A DNA stretch of 64,000 nucleotides from Isurus oxyrinchus (Eukaryota). Where the stretch lies: positions 868,001 through 932,000 of the forward strand of contig JANJGN010000121.1 in the NCBI GenBank assembly GCA_026770705.1, given 5' to 3'. The notes beneath the pieces are model-generated. The model saw only the letters and a list, made by a program, of their open reading frames with translations, made no database searches and had not been told where the DNA came from. Positions 1 to 10,871 of this stretch are shown in pieces (positions within the stretch are counted from its first letter, which is position 1; every line of letters begins with the position of its first letter). Position numbers and translations under genes: made by a program.

Positions 1-860
1 GGAATGTGCTGTCAGTGGGTGTGGTGGTTGCTGTCTCTCTGTTGCCTTCAAGAGGGATCTGGAGTGGTTACTAACTGGGGGAGAGATCATGGAAGCGGAG
101 AATGATACAGCACAGGAGGAGGCCATTCAGCCCATTGTGCCTGTGCCAGGTCTTTCAATGTTCTATCCAATCAGATCCACTAACCACCACTCCACTTTGC
201 CCCCACCTTCTTCCTTCAAGTGTTTATCCAATTTCCCTTTTGAAAGTTCCTGTTGAATCTGCTTCCACTGCCCTTTCAGGCAGCACCTTCCAGATCACAA
301 CAACTCGCTCTGTCAAAACAAATTCTCCTCATCTCCCCCTCCGGTTCATCAATCTGTGTCCCTCTGGTTACCGACCCTCCTGCCCCTTAAATACATCGAT
401 ACTGTTCACCTCGACCACTCCCTGTGGGAGCGAGTTCCACATTCTCCCCTCTCTCTGGGTAAAGATTGGACCTGTTTATTAAGCGGGGGGTGTAAGTCCA
501 TGGGGGAGTCCATCTCGATCTTGCCCGATTCGCACACGCGTCCGAGATGGATTTCTACCCTGCACTAAACGTTTCCAGAATTTTCTACAGCACAATCCTG
601 TACACAGCGATGGAGAGAAACATTGGACAGGGAGTCCAACAGCACAATGATCCATTCTCACCAATGTTCCACGCTAAGGGGAAAGTTCCGATTGTCCACT
701 CTTAGAGTGTTTACAATGAAAACATTCATTCCACATTGAATCCCAGTGGATGGGTCAATATTACAGCAAATGTTGCAGTGATATGAAGCTTGATTGTTCA
801 GCCAGAGTGAGAGATTGAAAGCGGAGAGTCAGTGATGATTTCTTTCTGTGTGTTCTCTAG

Positions 861-1000
861 ACAGTGGAGGAGAGATTCTGCACGTGATCCTGATCCTGGG
901 AATACGAGCTGTGATATTCCTTGTGGCTGTGGTTATCACTATCGCTGGAGTCTGTGTCTGGGAGAGACAAACAGTGAAAGGAAGTCGACAGACTGTTTGA
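861..1000 (+). CDS. Unit 0 terminal exon: transmembrane segment with Arg plus short tail (activating-type Siglec-like receptor; upstream exons lie before the window)
   Basis: Polypyrimidine/AG acceptor at 859-860. Read in phase 1 it gives xSGGEILHVILILGIRAVIFLVAVVITIAGVCVWERQTVKGSRQTV* (TGA 998-1000). The ORF track shows a different frame. Confidence 0.8.
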
Positions 1001-1139
1001 AGCTTTGTACAGCAACAATCTGGTCAGTCAGTGCGGACAAATAACGTGTGATGTTGGGTTAAATTGTAAAGAAACTGGTCAGTGTCCTGGTTAGAATCAC
1101 CTTCGTATCAGAGAGGCATTCCAGCACAGTGGGAGCCCA

Positions 1140-1720
1140 TTGAGCCCATTGAGTCCATGCTGTCTCTCTGTAGAGCAATCCAGTCAGTCCCATTCCCCCG
1201 CTCTATCCCTGTATCCCTGTGAGTTTATTTCCCCTCAAGTGTCCATCCAATTTCCTTTTGAAATCGTTCATCTTCTCCACTTCCACCATCCTCGTAGGCA
1301 GCGAATTCCAGCTCATTACCACTTGCTGTGTAAAAAAGTTCGTCCTCACATCCCCCTCTGCCCAAAACCTTCAATCTGTGTCCCCCAGTCCTTGTACCAT
1401 CAGCTAATGGCAACAGCTTGTCTTTGTCTACATTATCTAAACCCATCATCATCTTGTACACCTCGATCAGATCCCCCCTCAATCTCCTTTGCTCCAAGGA
1501 GAACAACCCCAGCTTCTCCAACCCAACCTTGTAGCTAAAATCCCTCATCCCTGGACCCATTCTACTCAATCTCCTCCCCACCCTCTCAAGGACCCTCACT
1601 TCCTTCCCAAAGTGGGGAGACCAGAACTGGACACAATACTCTAGTTGTGACCTAACCAGAGCTTTATAAATGTTCAGCATAACCTCCCTGTGTTTGTATT
1701 CAATCCCTCGATTTATGAAA
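1140..1720 (-). mobile_element. CR1-type LINE 3' fragment
   Basis: ORF 1225..1770 reads GIEYKHREVMLNIYKALVRSQLEYCVQFWSP...LGLFSLEQRRLRGDLIEVYK, the typical CR1 ORF2 C-terminus. Boundaries approximate. Confidence 0.85.
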
Positions 1721-2424
1721 AGCTTATTCTTTCCATCAGCACAAACAGCAATTTCCAAGCGGACTCCCATCAGCAGACAGAGTGCAATGAAACATCGGCA
1801 TGCCTGCTTCTTAATGTACGGAGAGAAACCTGCAACGAGAGATTCTCCTTCTTCTCCTCAGCAAGCTGAAACTTTTCCTTATACCTGGTGCACCCCAGTC
1901 CTGCTGTGTGGACACATCATAACCACGGCATTGTCTGGCTGTGTGCAGCCAACATGGTCGAATAGGAATGAACAGAAATGTGACGTTGCTAAACTCTGTT
2001 CTCTGATTGGAATGTGCTTTCTGAATGCTGCACCTTTTTCATGCTGCGATAGATTGTAAGAAGCATTTGGGTTATGAATAAAATTACATTGATTAACACA
2101 AGTGATTAAAATGCTCAGCCTGTTCTGTAGATATTTATAGATTAAAATTCTTATTTTGCTGCCAGATTCTTGGCTCAAAGACGTTACTTCATGTTGTCAC
2201 TTTTTCCAGTCAGATGAATTCCTGTGCCCATCTTTATAATGGAAATTTTCAATGTAAACATGTCACATTGCAGCTGCACACAATTGCCAGTAGGTGGTGT
2301 GATATCAAAGCTGCCTTGCTGCTCAGAAAGAGAGAGAAATATTCCTGATAAATGCATGAACTGCATGTGTGCATCAGACACTGACATCAGATGCAATTTT
2401 GTGCAATTTGTGCAATGTATTTTA

Positions 2425-3030
2425 GACAGTGCAGCACTCCCTCTGTTCAGACCCCCCAACAGTGCAGCACTCCCTCAGTTCAGACCCTCCAACAGTGCAG
2501 CACTCCCTCAGTTTAGACCCTCCGACAGTGCAGCACTCCCTCAGTTCAGACCCTCCAACAGTGCAGCACTCCCTCAGTTCAGACCCTCCAGCAGTGCAGC
2601 ACTCCCTCAGTTCAGACCTTCCGACAGTGCAGCACTCCGTCAGTTTAGACCCTCCTACAGTGCAGCAATCCCTCAGTTTATACCTTCCAACAGTGCAGCA
2701 CTCCCTCAGTTTAGACCCTCCAGCAGTGCAGCACTCCCTCAGTTCAGACCCTCCAACGGGTGCAGCACTCTCTCAGTTTAGACCCTCCAACAGTGCAGCA
2801 CTCCCTCAGTTCTGACCGGCCGACAGTGCAGCACTCCCTCAGTGCCAACACTCTGACAGTGCAGAACTCCCTCACAGCTGTCCCTCAAACAGAGCAGCAC
2901 TCCCTCGCTGCTTATCCTCCATCAGTGCAGCACACCTCAATACTGACGCGCCAACAGTGCAGCACTCCCTCAGTACTGACCCTCTGACAGGGTAGCACTC
3001 CAACAATACTGACCCTCCGACAGTGCAGAA
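2425..3030 (+). repeat. 33-bp minisatellite (ACAGTGCAGCACTCCCTCAGTTCAGACCCTCCA variant)
   Basis: Direct tandem repeats visible; they produce 11-aa periodic ORFs. Confidence 0.95.
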
Positions 3031-3221
3031 CATGCTTAGTATTTCTCCTCCAACAGCATTTTTAAATATAAACCCTCAGAGCCATGGTAGAAATTTGAAG
3101 TTAACAAACAGCAAACAGAAAGATCACAGAGTCATGATGAATTGCCAACAGTTTGATTCTGTTGTAACGCATTGTGAAATTACGCACTCATTCCTAATGC
3201 CTGTTTACTCACTCCTTTACT

Positions 3222-3361
3222 ACTTCCTCATTTTGTCTCACAGAGACACATCAACCCTTTCTCATTAAATACACAGAGGGGGCAGCACAGGAAGAGGTCA
3301 TTCAGCCCAAGCAGAGCGTGTGGGCAGTTCCTCCCCAGGCGAGCAGTCGGACAGGTCCTGG
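3222..3361 (+). promoter_or_regulatory. Unit A putative core promoter and 5' non-coding exon
   Basis: Block conserved in 4 units, starting at ACTTCCTC (Ets/PU.1-like) and ending at a GG|GTAAGT donor (3362). Confidence 0.55.
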
Positions 3362-3695
3362 GTAAGTAACGGAACGATTGGAATTCACTTCCACGACCAA
3401 CACCGTCCTTTGTTGATGTTGTGACTTAATAAAGACAGATTCCAATGATTGATGCCTTTGAAAGATTTCTACTGATTATTGAGATCAGGGTGTGAGGCTC
3501 AAGTCTGTTGTACAGAAAATCTTTCTAGCTCAAGGGATGAGGGAAGTGCAGAGACATGAGCTTGGGGGCGTCCTGAGGTGGTGAAAGGTGCTATAGAAAT
3601 GCAAGTCTTTCATTGTTTTTCTTTCTTAAAGCCTTGTAACTCTCTGCAGAGCAACTATCATCCCACAGAGAATCAAATTAGTCTGTGAAGACATT

Positions 3696-4332
3696 GGGCT
3701 GAATTTCCAGCCTGTCGAGCGGATGGGCCTGACCCAATCTCCAGCGGGCGGGGAGCCAATCCCCACCGGAGAAGCGGGACCCGCCGCCATTTTAAGTGGG
3801 CGTGCCAATTAAGGCCCACCCAGCATGATGTCCGGCGGGAAGGGCTATGCCCTTCCTGTGTGGGCCGGGTGTGGGGGGTGGGGGTGGGGACATTCCCCAA
3901 ATGCGTGAGTGCGCTCTGTCACACATGCGCATGATAAAGCCCACATCACCCTGAGGCTAAGTGCTGCCTCAGGGAGATCGCTGAAAGGTTTTCAAACAAT
4001 CAAAATAGAAAAATAAAAAAATCCTCAACATGTCCCCCTCACGTGACAATGTCACGCTAGATGGGACATGTTAATAAACTGCACCAAAACTTGAATAAAC
4101 TCTTTTAAAACCGACATGAGTCCTCGTCCCGCCGGTGGATGAGGTTTCATGTTTTCTCTAGTTGTCGCTGGAGCTCCTGCCCTGCCCACCAGCCTTAAGG
4201 TTAGACCGGCAGGTCGGTTCATTGTTTAAATGTTCCTGTCAATGGCTTCAATTGGCCATTGACAGGTCGGCGGGCCCTCAGCTGATTTCACTGCACGCCT
4301 GTCTCCTGCTCACCGACAGCGAAACTCTGCCC
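3696..4332. mobile_element. MITE-like DNA transposon (PIF/Harbinger-like)
   Basis: Termini GGGCTGAATTT...AAACTCTGCCC with a 3-bp ATT duplication. Absent from the homologous intron of units B, C and F (GACATTGTCT or GATATTGTCT empty site). Confidence 0.7.
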
Positions 4333-4599
4333 ATTGTCTAAAAGCAGTTCTGATCTCTGGAGAGCTGTCGGACAAGAGGTGAGGTCTCATTAACTCCTTT
4401 CTTTTTCACAGCTTGAGAGTGAGAAGCTGATGAAATATCTGCGAGTGGACAATGATCTTACTTCCTCCTGTCACTTCTCCAAGGTAATATCATCGTCAGC
4501 TCGGACAGATTTATGGTTAATAGTCTTTGTAAAAGATTATTCTTATTGAGCTGTGATTGGGAACCGATTCAGCAGTGAGCCAGTGTACAAACTCACACC

Positions 4600-5125
4600 A
4601 AGTCCCATTCACCCATCACCCCTGTGATCACTGATATACACTGACTCCCTGTCTGACAGCAACAGAAAATTAAAATCCAGGTCATCCTGTAGAAATCCCT
4701 CCAAAATTTTGCAACTCTCCCTATCCATGTTACCTCCTCCAGCCCATACCAACCTCCCTATCTCTGTAACATCTTCCAGCACATATATTACTCCCTACCT
4801 CTGTAACCTCGCCCTGCTCCTACAATCCTCCCTATCTCAGTAACCTCCTCCAGCCCCTACCACTCTCCCTAACTCTATAACCAACTCCAGCCCCTATATC
4901 CTTCGCTATCTCTGTTAATTTCTCCAGCCCCTACAAACCTCCCTTTCTCTGTAACCTCGTCCACCATTACAACCCTCCCTATTTCTGTAATCTCCTCCAG
5001 TACCTACAACCCTCCGAGATCTCTGCACTCCTCCAATTCCAGCATCTTGACCATCCCCCGATTCCCAACATTCCATTATTGGCGGCCGTGCCTTCAGCTG
5101 CCTGGGCCCCGAGCTCTGGAATTCA
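4600..5125 (+). repeat. L2-like LINE 3' remnant with degenerate ~37-bp tandem repeat (CTCTGTAACCTCCTCCAGCCCCTACAACCCTCCCTAT)
   Basis: The same repeat follows the recognisable L2 RT fragment at 31480-33090. Confidence 0.6.
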
Positions 5126-6031
5126 AAATCAAAATTCAGGGATGAATAAACTCCAATAGTCCATTCCCTGAGAGGCCATGATTACATCACAGCAGCATTC
5201 AGAATAGACAGAGGGTCCAGCCCTCACACTTCTTGCACAGTTTCACCATAATGAAATGAATTAACTGAAAGGCAAACCGTCAGTGTAGAGAGATGAGATA
5301 TTTACACAGTTTCCCTGTGTATCTTGTAGACACTGTGTTGGGTGGAAGACTGGCTTCACTAAACAGGGTCCTGAGGACCATGAGCCAATGTAGAATGAAG
5401 TTGTCCACTCCTGTGTCCAGGATTCTCTTCCATCCATTGTGAAAACTTGGGGAGTTCCTTGTGTGTCCTGTAGATGGTCCACACTGCAGCCACTGTGCCC
5501 CAGTGATGGAAGGGGTGGATATCGAGTCTAGTGAAGCTACAAAACATCCAGAGTTAAATATTGATATTTCTCTCCCCAGTTGGACTGTCACAAGAGTGGA
5601 AAGGTGACACTCCACGAGAGGTGATAGCGCAGGAATATTCGTGTGTACAGATTCCATGTCATTACAGCTACCCATCGTGTCTGGAAAACCAACTGCAAAT
5701 TGGAATCTGATTTAATGACAAAGTCTTGATAAGATTCTTTATAGCCTTTCACTCCAAGGATAATAATCGCGAGTTACCACTGTTCCAACATCGGACCCGG
5801 CTGTCTGGAGACCTGAAAGATGGTGACTGTTCCCTGATTATAAACAACATCAGACGGGAAGATGCAGGACCTCATTTTTTCAGCATAAAATTTGACAATG
5901 GTCCGAGCCATAACTATTACCCTGTAACCCAGCTTCACGTTTCTGGTAAGTGCTGTGTTATAATTACTCAACAATTCACATTCAACACTCAATGGGAATG
6001 AACACAAACTCTGACGTTTACATAATAACAC

Positions 6032-6758
6032 TGTTATGACATGGCAGGTGATGTGTGCCAAGTGGAGAGAATCCACAAAGGGAACTTGGCCAAGCATAAT
6101 TTCCAACTACACACCCCCTTGAAGGCAACAATCCCAATAAATCTTAAATGGAAATGGGAATCCGGCAAGGTTACTGCAGCACCCACTTGACAGTGTAATT
6201 CCAAAGTCTTTTAACACACCTTTAAGTACTGGAGCAGCAAAAGTGAACAGAAACGTTTTACCCAAGGCTGCTTCACCTACTGTACCTTTCAAGAAATTCA
6301 TGTCCCCCTCCCACATAACATTCCATCCTTCTTTATGTTGGTTTCTCTCTCTCCAATGTATAAAATCCCATTGTTGCACCTTTCTTGGGAAATACACTTT
6401 TCCCAAAATATAAAAATCTTTCGTGTTGTCAATATGGCCCATTCCTTTTGGGAAGAATACACATAATAACCTTGCCCTGGTTATCTTGTTAATTATAAAC
6501 ACCCAACTACCCTTTGACAATCAAACATTCTCTTTACTGATCTAAAATTTCATTTACAGCTTTTCTGTGGAACCCTCATCCTAGCTTGTCCATCCCCATT
6601 TCAGAAGTCTGCTTTGCACCAAACTCTATTGATAATTTTAACCTCATAGTTGATCTGACTCAAATTCAATTAAATCAGACCCACAGACGGAACCATCCAC
6701 ATTCATTCCCATAAGCCGACAATATTATTCTGAAAAATATCATAGTTTCATCACAACA
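6032..6758. mobile_element. Solo-LTR-like insertion (TGTTATGA...TCACAACA)
   Basis: TG...CA termini with a short inverted repeat; absent from the homologous post-V intron in other units. Confidence 0.55.
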
Positions 6759-7509
6759 TAAAACACAGTTTACTATAACGCAGAGTCTGATTCTCAATAA
6801 CCTGGTGATAGCTTCCATTCAGTCCAAAAGCAACCTCTAATACTCACTTTAATATCAATGATTAAATGTATTGAATGTGTCCATCAATGTTATCAGGTCA
6901 TCCACTCCCATCTATCTCTAATCTTAAGGCTGTGATTTCTATTTGAACTGATGCTTCACGTTATATTTCTCTAAAAGGATCCATTCTCTGTCTGTTAGAT
7001 TTCACAGATAAACCCACGATATTCCCTGCTGAAATTATTGCAGGAAAGCGTGTGGATGTAAGCTGCACCTTCAACACAACGTGCAATGGAACAGCAGCAC
7101 CTGTCTTAACCTGGGACACTCCCACTGACGTACCTGGATCAGTCTCAAACACTGTAACTCAGCATGGTGTCACTCTGACCTATACTTCTGTTCTGACCCT
7201 GATCCCATCACTCAAACACCACGGACACACTCTCAGCTGCAGAGTGAGATATCCATCTGTTTCATCGGAGCGGACCCTCGTACTAACTGTGCAAGGTAAG
7301 TACTGACACCCTTCATTATACATTCGCTGGAACAGTCTAGATTACGCACAGCAGGATCCCATAGAAAGGTATTCTGATGACAATCAGATAATCTGTTTTT
7401 TAAAGAAAATGGTGGCCAGAATACAATTAATAACAGTTTCTGAACATTAACATAGGGGCTTTTATGTCCAGCCAAGGGGCTGCTAGAGCAGAGCAGGAAT
7501 CGCAATGTA

Positions 7510-8175
7510 CTCACCCCCTGACAGTGCAGCACTCCCTCAGTACTGACCCTCTGACAGTGCAGCACGCCCTCAATACTGAACCTCTGACAGTACAACACTC
7601 CCTCAGTACTGACCCTCCGACAGTGCAGCACTCCCTCAGTACTGACCCTCTGACAGTGCAGCGCTCTCTCAGTACTGACCCTCCAACAGTACAACACTCC
7701 GTCAGTACTGACCCTCCGACAGTGCGGCACACCCTCAGGACTGACCCACCGACAGTGCAGCACTCCATCAGTACTGACCCTCCAACAGTGCAACAATTCC
7801 TCAGTACTGTCCCTCTGACAGTGCAACACTCCCTCAAAACTGTCTCTCCGACAGATTAGCACTCCCTCAATACTGTCCCTCTAACAGTGTAGCACTCCCT
7901 CAGTACTGACCTTCCGAGAGCGCAGCACCCCCTCAATACTGACCCTCTGACAGTGTAGCACTCCCTCAGTACTGATCCTCCGAAAGTGCAGCACTCCCTC
8001 AGTACTGTCCCTCTGACAGTGTAGCACTCCCTCAGTACTGACCCTCCGACAGTGCAGCACTCCCTCAGTACTGTCCCTCTGACAGTGTAGCACTCCCTCA
8101 GTACTGACCCTCTGACAGTGCAGCACTCGTTCAGTCCTGACCCTCTGACAGTGCAGCACTCCCTCAGTACTGACA
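7510..8175 (+). repeat. 33-bp minisatellite CAGTACTGACCCTCYGACAGTGCAGCACTCCCT
   Basis: Direct tandem repeats. Confidence 0.95.
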
Positions 8176-8414
8176 CTGGGGAATTTCAGTCTACTCTGTG
8201 GGGCAGGCATCTCCTGAATGGGGTCTTGAACCCCAGAAAATTCTACAACATACTGACTCCCTGAGTTCGGGTGTGAAACCCACTGACCCACAGGAGAAAC
8301 TCCTGGTTAATGACTGTCCATCAGTGAGCAGAAATATCACCACAGGGTCAGGACACAAAGCGTTAACAGTTCACCAACATCTCAAAACATGAGCTGCTCT
8401 GTCACTTTGATCCA

Positions 8415-8554
8415 ACTTCCTCATTTTGTCTCACAGAGACACATCAACCCTTTCTCATTAAATACACAGAGGGAGCAGCACAGGAAGAGGTCATTCAGCC
8501 CAAGCAGAGCGTGTGGGCAGTTCCTCCCCAGGCGAGCAGTCAGACAGGTCCTGG
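8415..8554 (+). promoter_or_regulatory. Unit B putative core promoter and 5' non-coding exon
   Basis: Same conserved block; donor GTAAGT at 8555. Confidence 0.55.
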
Positions 8555-10739
8555 GTAAGTAACGGAACGATTGGAATTCACTTCCACGACCAACACCGTC
8601 CTTTGTTGATGTTGTGACTTTATAAAGACAGATTCCAATGATTGATGCCTTTGAAAGATTTCTATGATTATTGAGATCTGGGTGTGAGGCTCAAGTCTGT
8701 TGTACAGAAAATCTTTCTAGCTCAAGGGATGAGGGAACTGTAGATACTTTGGGATGCCCTGATGTGGTGAATGGTGCTATAGAAATGCAAGTCCTTTGTT
8801 GTTTTTCATTCTTAAAGCCTTGTAACTCTCTGCAGAACACCTATCATCCCACAGAGAATCAAATTATTCTGTGAAGACATTGTCTAAGAGCATTTCTGAT
8901 CTCTCGAGAGCTGGTGGACAAGAGGTGAGGTCTCATTAACTCCTTTCCCTTTCAGAGTTTCAGAGTGAGAAGCTGATGAAATATCTGGGAGTGGATAATG
9001 ATTGGAAAATCTTACTTCCTCCTGTCACTTCTCCAAGGTAATATCATCGACAGCTCGGTCAGATTTATGGTTAATAGCCTTTGTAAAAGATCATTCTTAT
9101 TGAACTGTGATTGGGAACCGATTCAGCAGTGAGCCAGTGTACAAACTCACACCAAGTCCCATTCACCTATCAACCCTAAACTATCTGACTCCTGGTCCTA
9201 CAACATCTCAAACTTAAAATTCACATCTCTTTGTTCAAATGCATCCATTGCCTCACACTGCCTCCTTATCTCTGTAACCTCCTGCAACTCTCCCAACCAA
9301 CGTCCCAGATCTCTGTGTTACTCCAATTCCGGCCTCTTGACAATCCCCCGATTCCCATCACTCCAATACTGGCGGCCGGGCCTTCAGCTGCCTGGGGCCT
9401 GAGCTCTGGAATTCACTCCCTAAACCTCGGGATGTAGGAGATCAGAGGGTTTCATTTTACTGAAAATCACCACGACCACATCACAGCTGCAGTCAGAATA
9501 GACAGAGAGTCCAGCCCTCGCACTTCCTGCACAGTTTCACCATAGCAACCACAATAAGGAAGTAAAATAACTGAAAGTTAAACCGAAGCTCAACCAGTCA
9601 GTGTAGAGAGATGAGATATTTACACAGTTTCCCTGTGTGTCTTGTAGACACTGTGTTGGGTGGAAGACTGGCTTCACTAAACAGGGTCCTGAGGACCATG
9701 AGCCAATGTAGAATGAACTTGTCCATTCCTGTGTCCAGGATTCTCTTCTATCCATTGTGAAACACTGGGGAGATCCCTGTGTGTCCTGTAGATGGTCCAC
9801 ACTGCAGCCACTGTGCCCCAGTGATGGAGGGGGTGGATATCGAGTCTAGTGGATCTACAAACCATCCAGAGTTAAATATTGATACTTCTCTCCCCAGTTG
9901 GACTGTCACAAGAGTGGAAAGGTGACAGTCCCCGAGAGGTGACAGCGCAGGAAGGTTCGTGTGTACAGATTCCATGTCATTACAGTTATCCAGCACATTT
10001 GGAAAATCAACCGCGAGGTGAAGTCTGGTTTAATAATGAGAATCAGATTCCCTGGGCTCCCATTGCCTTTCACTCCAAGGATCACAGTCACGAGTTACCA
10101 TGGTTCCACCATCGGACCCGGCTGTCTGGAGACCTGAAAGATGGCGACTGTTCCCTGATTATAAACAACATCAGATGGGAAGATGCAGGACCTTATTTTT
10201 TCAGAATAAAATTTGACAATGGTCGAGCCATAACTATTACCCTGTAACCCAGCTTCATGTTTCTGGTAAGTGCTGTGTTATAATTACTCAACAATTCACA
10301 TTCAACACTCAATGGGAAATAACACAAAGTGTGACGTTTACATATTAACACAAAACACAGCTTATTATAACACACTGTCTGATTCTCAATAACCTGGTGA
10401 TAGCTACCAGTTCAGTCCGAAAGCAACGTCTAATGCTCACTTCAATATCAATGATGAAAAGCATTAACTGTATTATCAGGTTATCCACTCCCATCAATCT
10501 CTCCTGTCCTGTTTAAAAGTCTGACGTATCGATAAAAGAAAGATGTGCATTTCTGCAGCGCAATTTACCACCTCAGGAGGATCCAAATCCATTCACAGCC
10601 AATGAAATTATTCCTGAATTGTAGTCACAGATGTTAAACACAGCAGGCAGTTTGTGCACAGCAAGATCCAACAAACACAATGTAATAAATCACCCAGATC
10701 ACTGAGGAAATGAGAAGCCAGTGAACTCAAACCTCTGGT

Positions 10740-10871
10740 CTGATGAAGAGTCATACAGACTCAAAACGTTAACCCTGTCTTCCTCTCCACTGATACTGTC
10801 AGACCTGCTGAGTCTTTCCAGCAATTTTTGTTTTTGTTTCAGATTTCCAGCATCCACAGTATTCTGCTTTT
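10740..10871 (+). mobile_element. Short Penelope-like terminal fragment with degenerate hammerhead motif
   Basis: CTGATGA-AGAGTC-ATACA-GACTC-AAAA-CGTT followed by the same tail as the element at 58843-60999; imperfect flanking direct repeat. Second copy near 19416-19547. Confidence 0.6.

Larger units (their letters stand above)
4452..7295 (+). pseudogene. Unit A Siglec-like pseudogene: leader 4452-4483, V exon 5580-5945, C2a exon 6999-7295; no C2b or TM exon
   Basis: Leader has an 8-nt deletion versus the other copies. V exon has an in-frame TGA at 5708-5710 (Trp codon) and HFFSIK in place of YFFRIE. C2a is intact. The unit is followed by minisatellite and the next promoter. Confidence 0.85.

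Noticed and set aside
832-1044. ORF MMISFCVFSRQWRRDS... (also 13530..14138)
   Set aside because: Wrong frame across the TM exon; the phase-1 reading gives a coherent TM segment.
2224-2987. Long ORFs with 11-aa periodicity (also at 7233-8291, 15299-16939, 40505-41433, 53254-53628)
   Set aside because: They arise from the 33-bp minisatellite, which is open in several frames on both strands; no splice or domain support.
6961-7152. Recurrent antisense ORFs over V, C2a and C2b exons (MFETDPG..., MFILCHTL..., MLELVLF...)
   Set aside because: They recur only because the sense exons are duplicated; no independent coding signal.
7510-8175. CRISPR-like appearance of 33-bp repeats
   Set aside because: Head-to-tail repeats with no unique spacers, no cas genes, and a eukaryotic intron-exon context.
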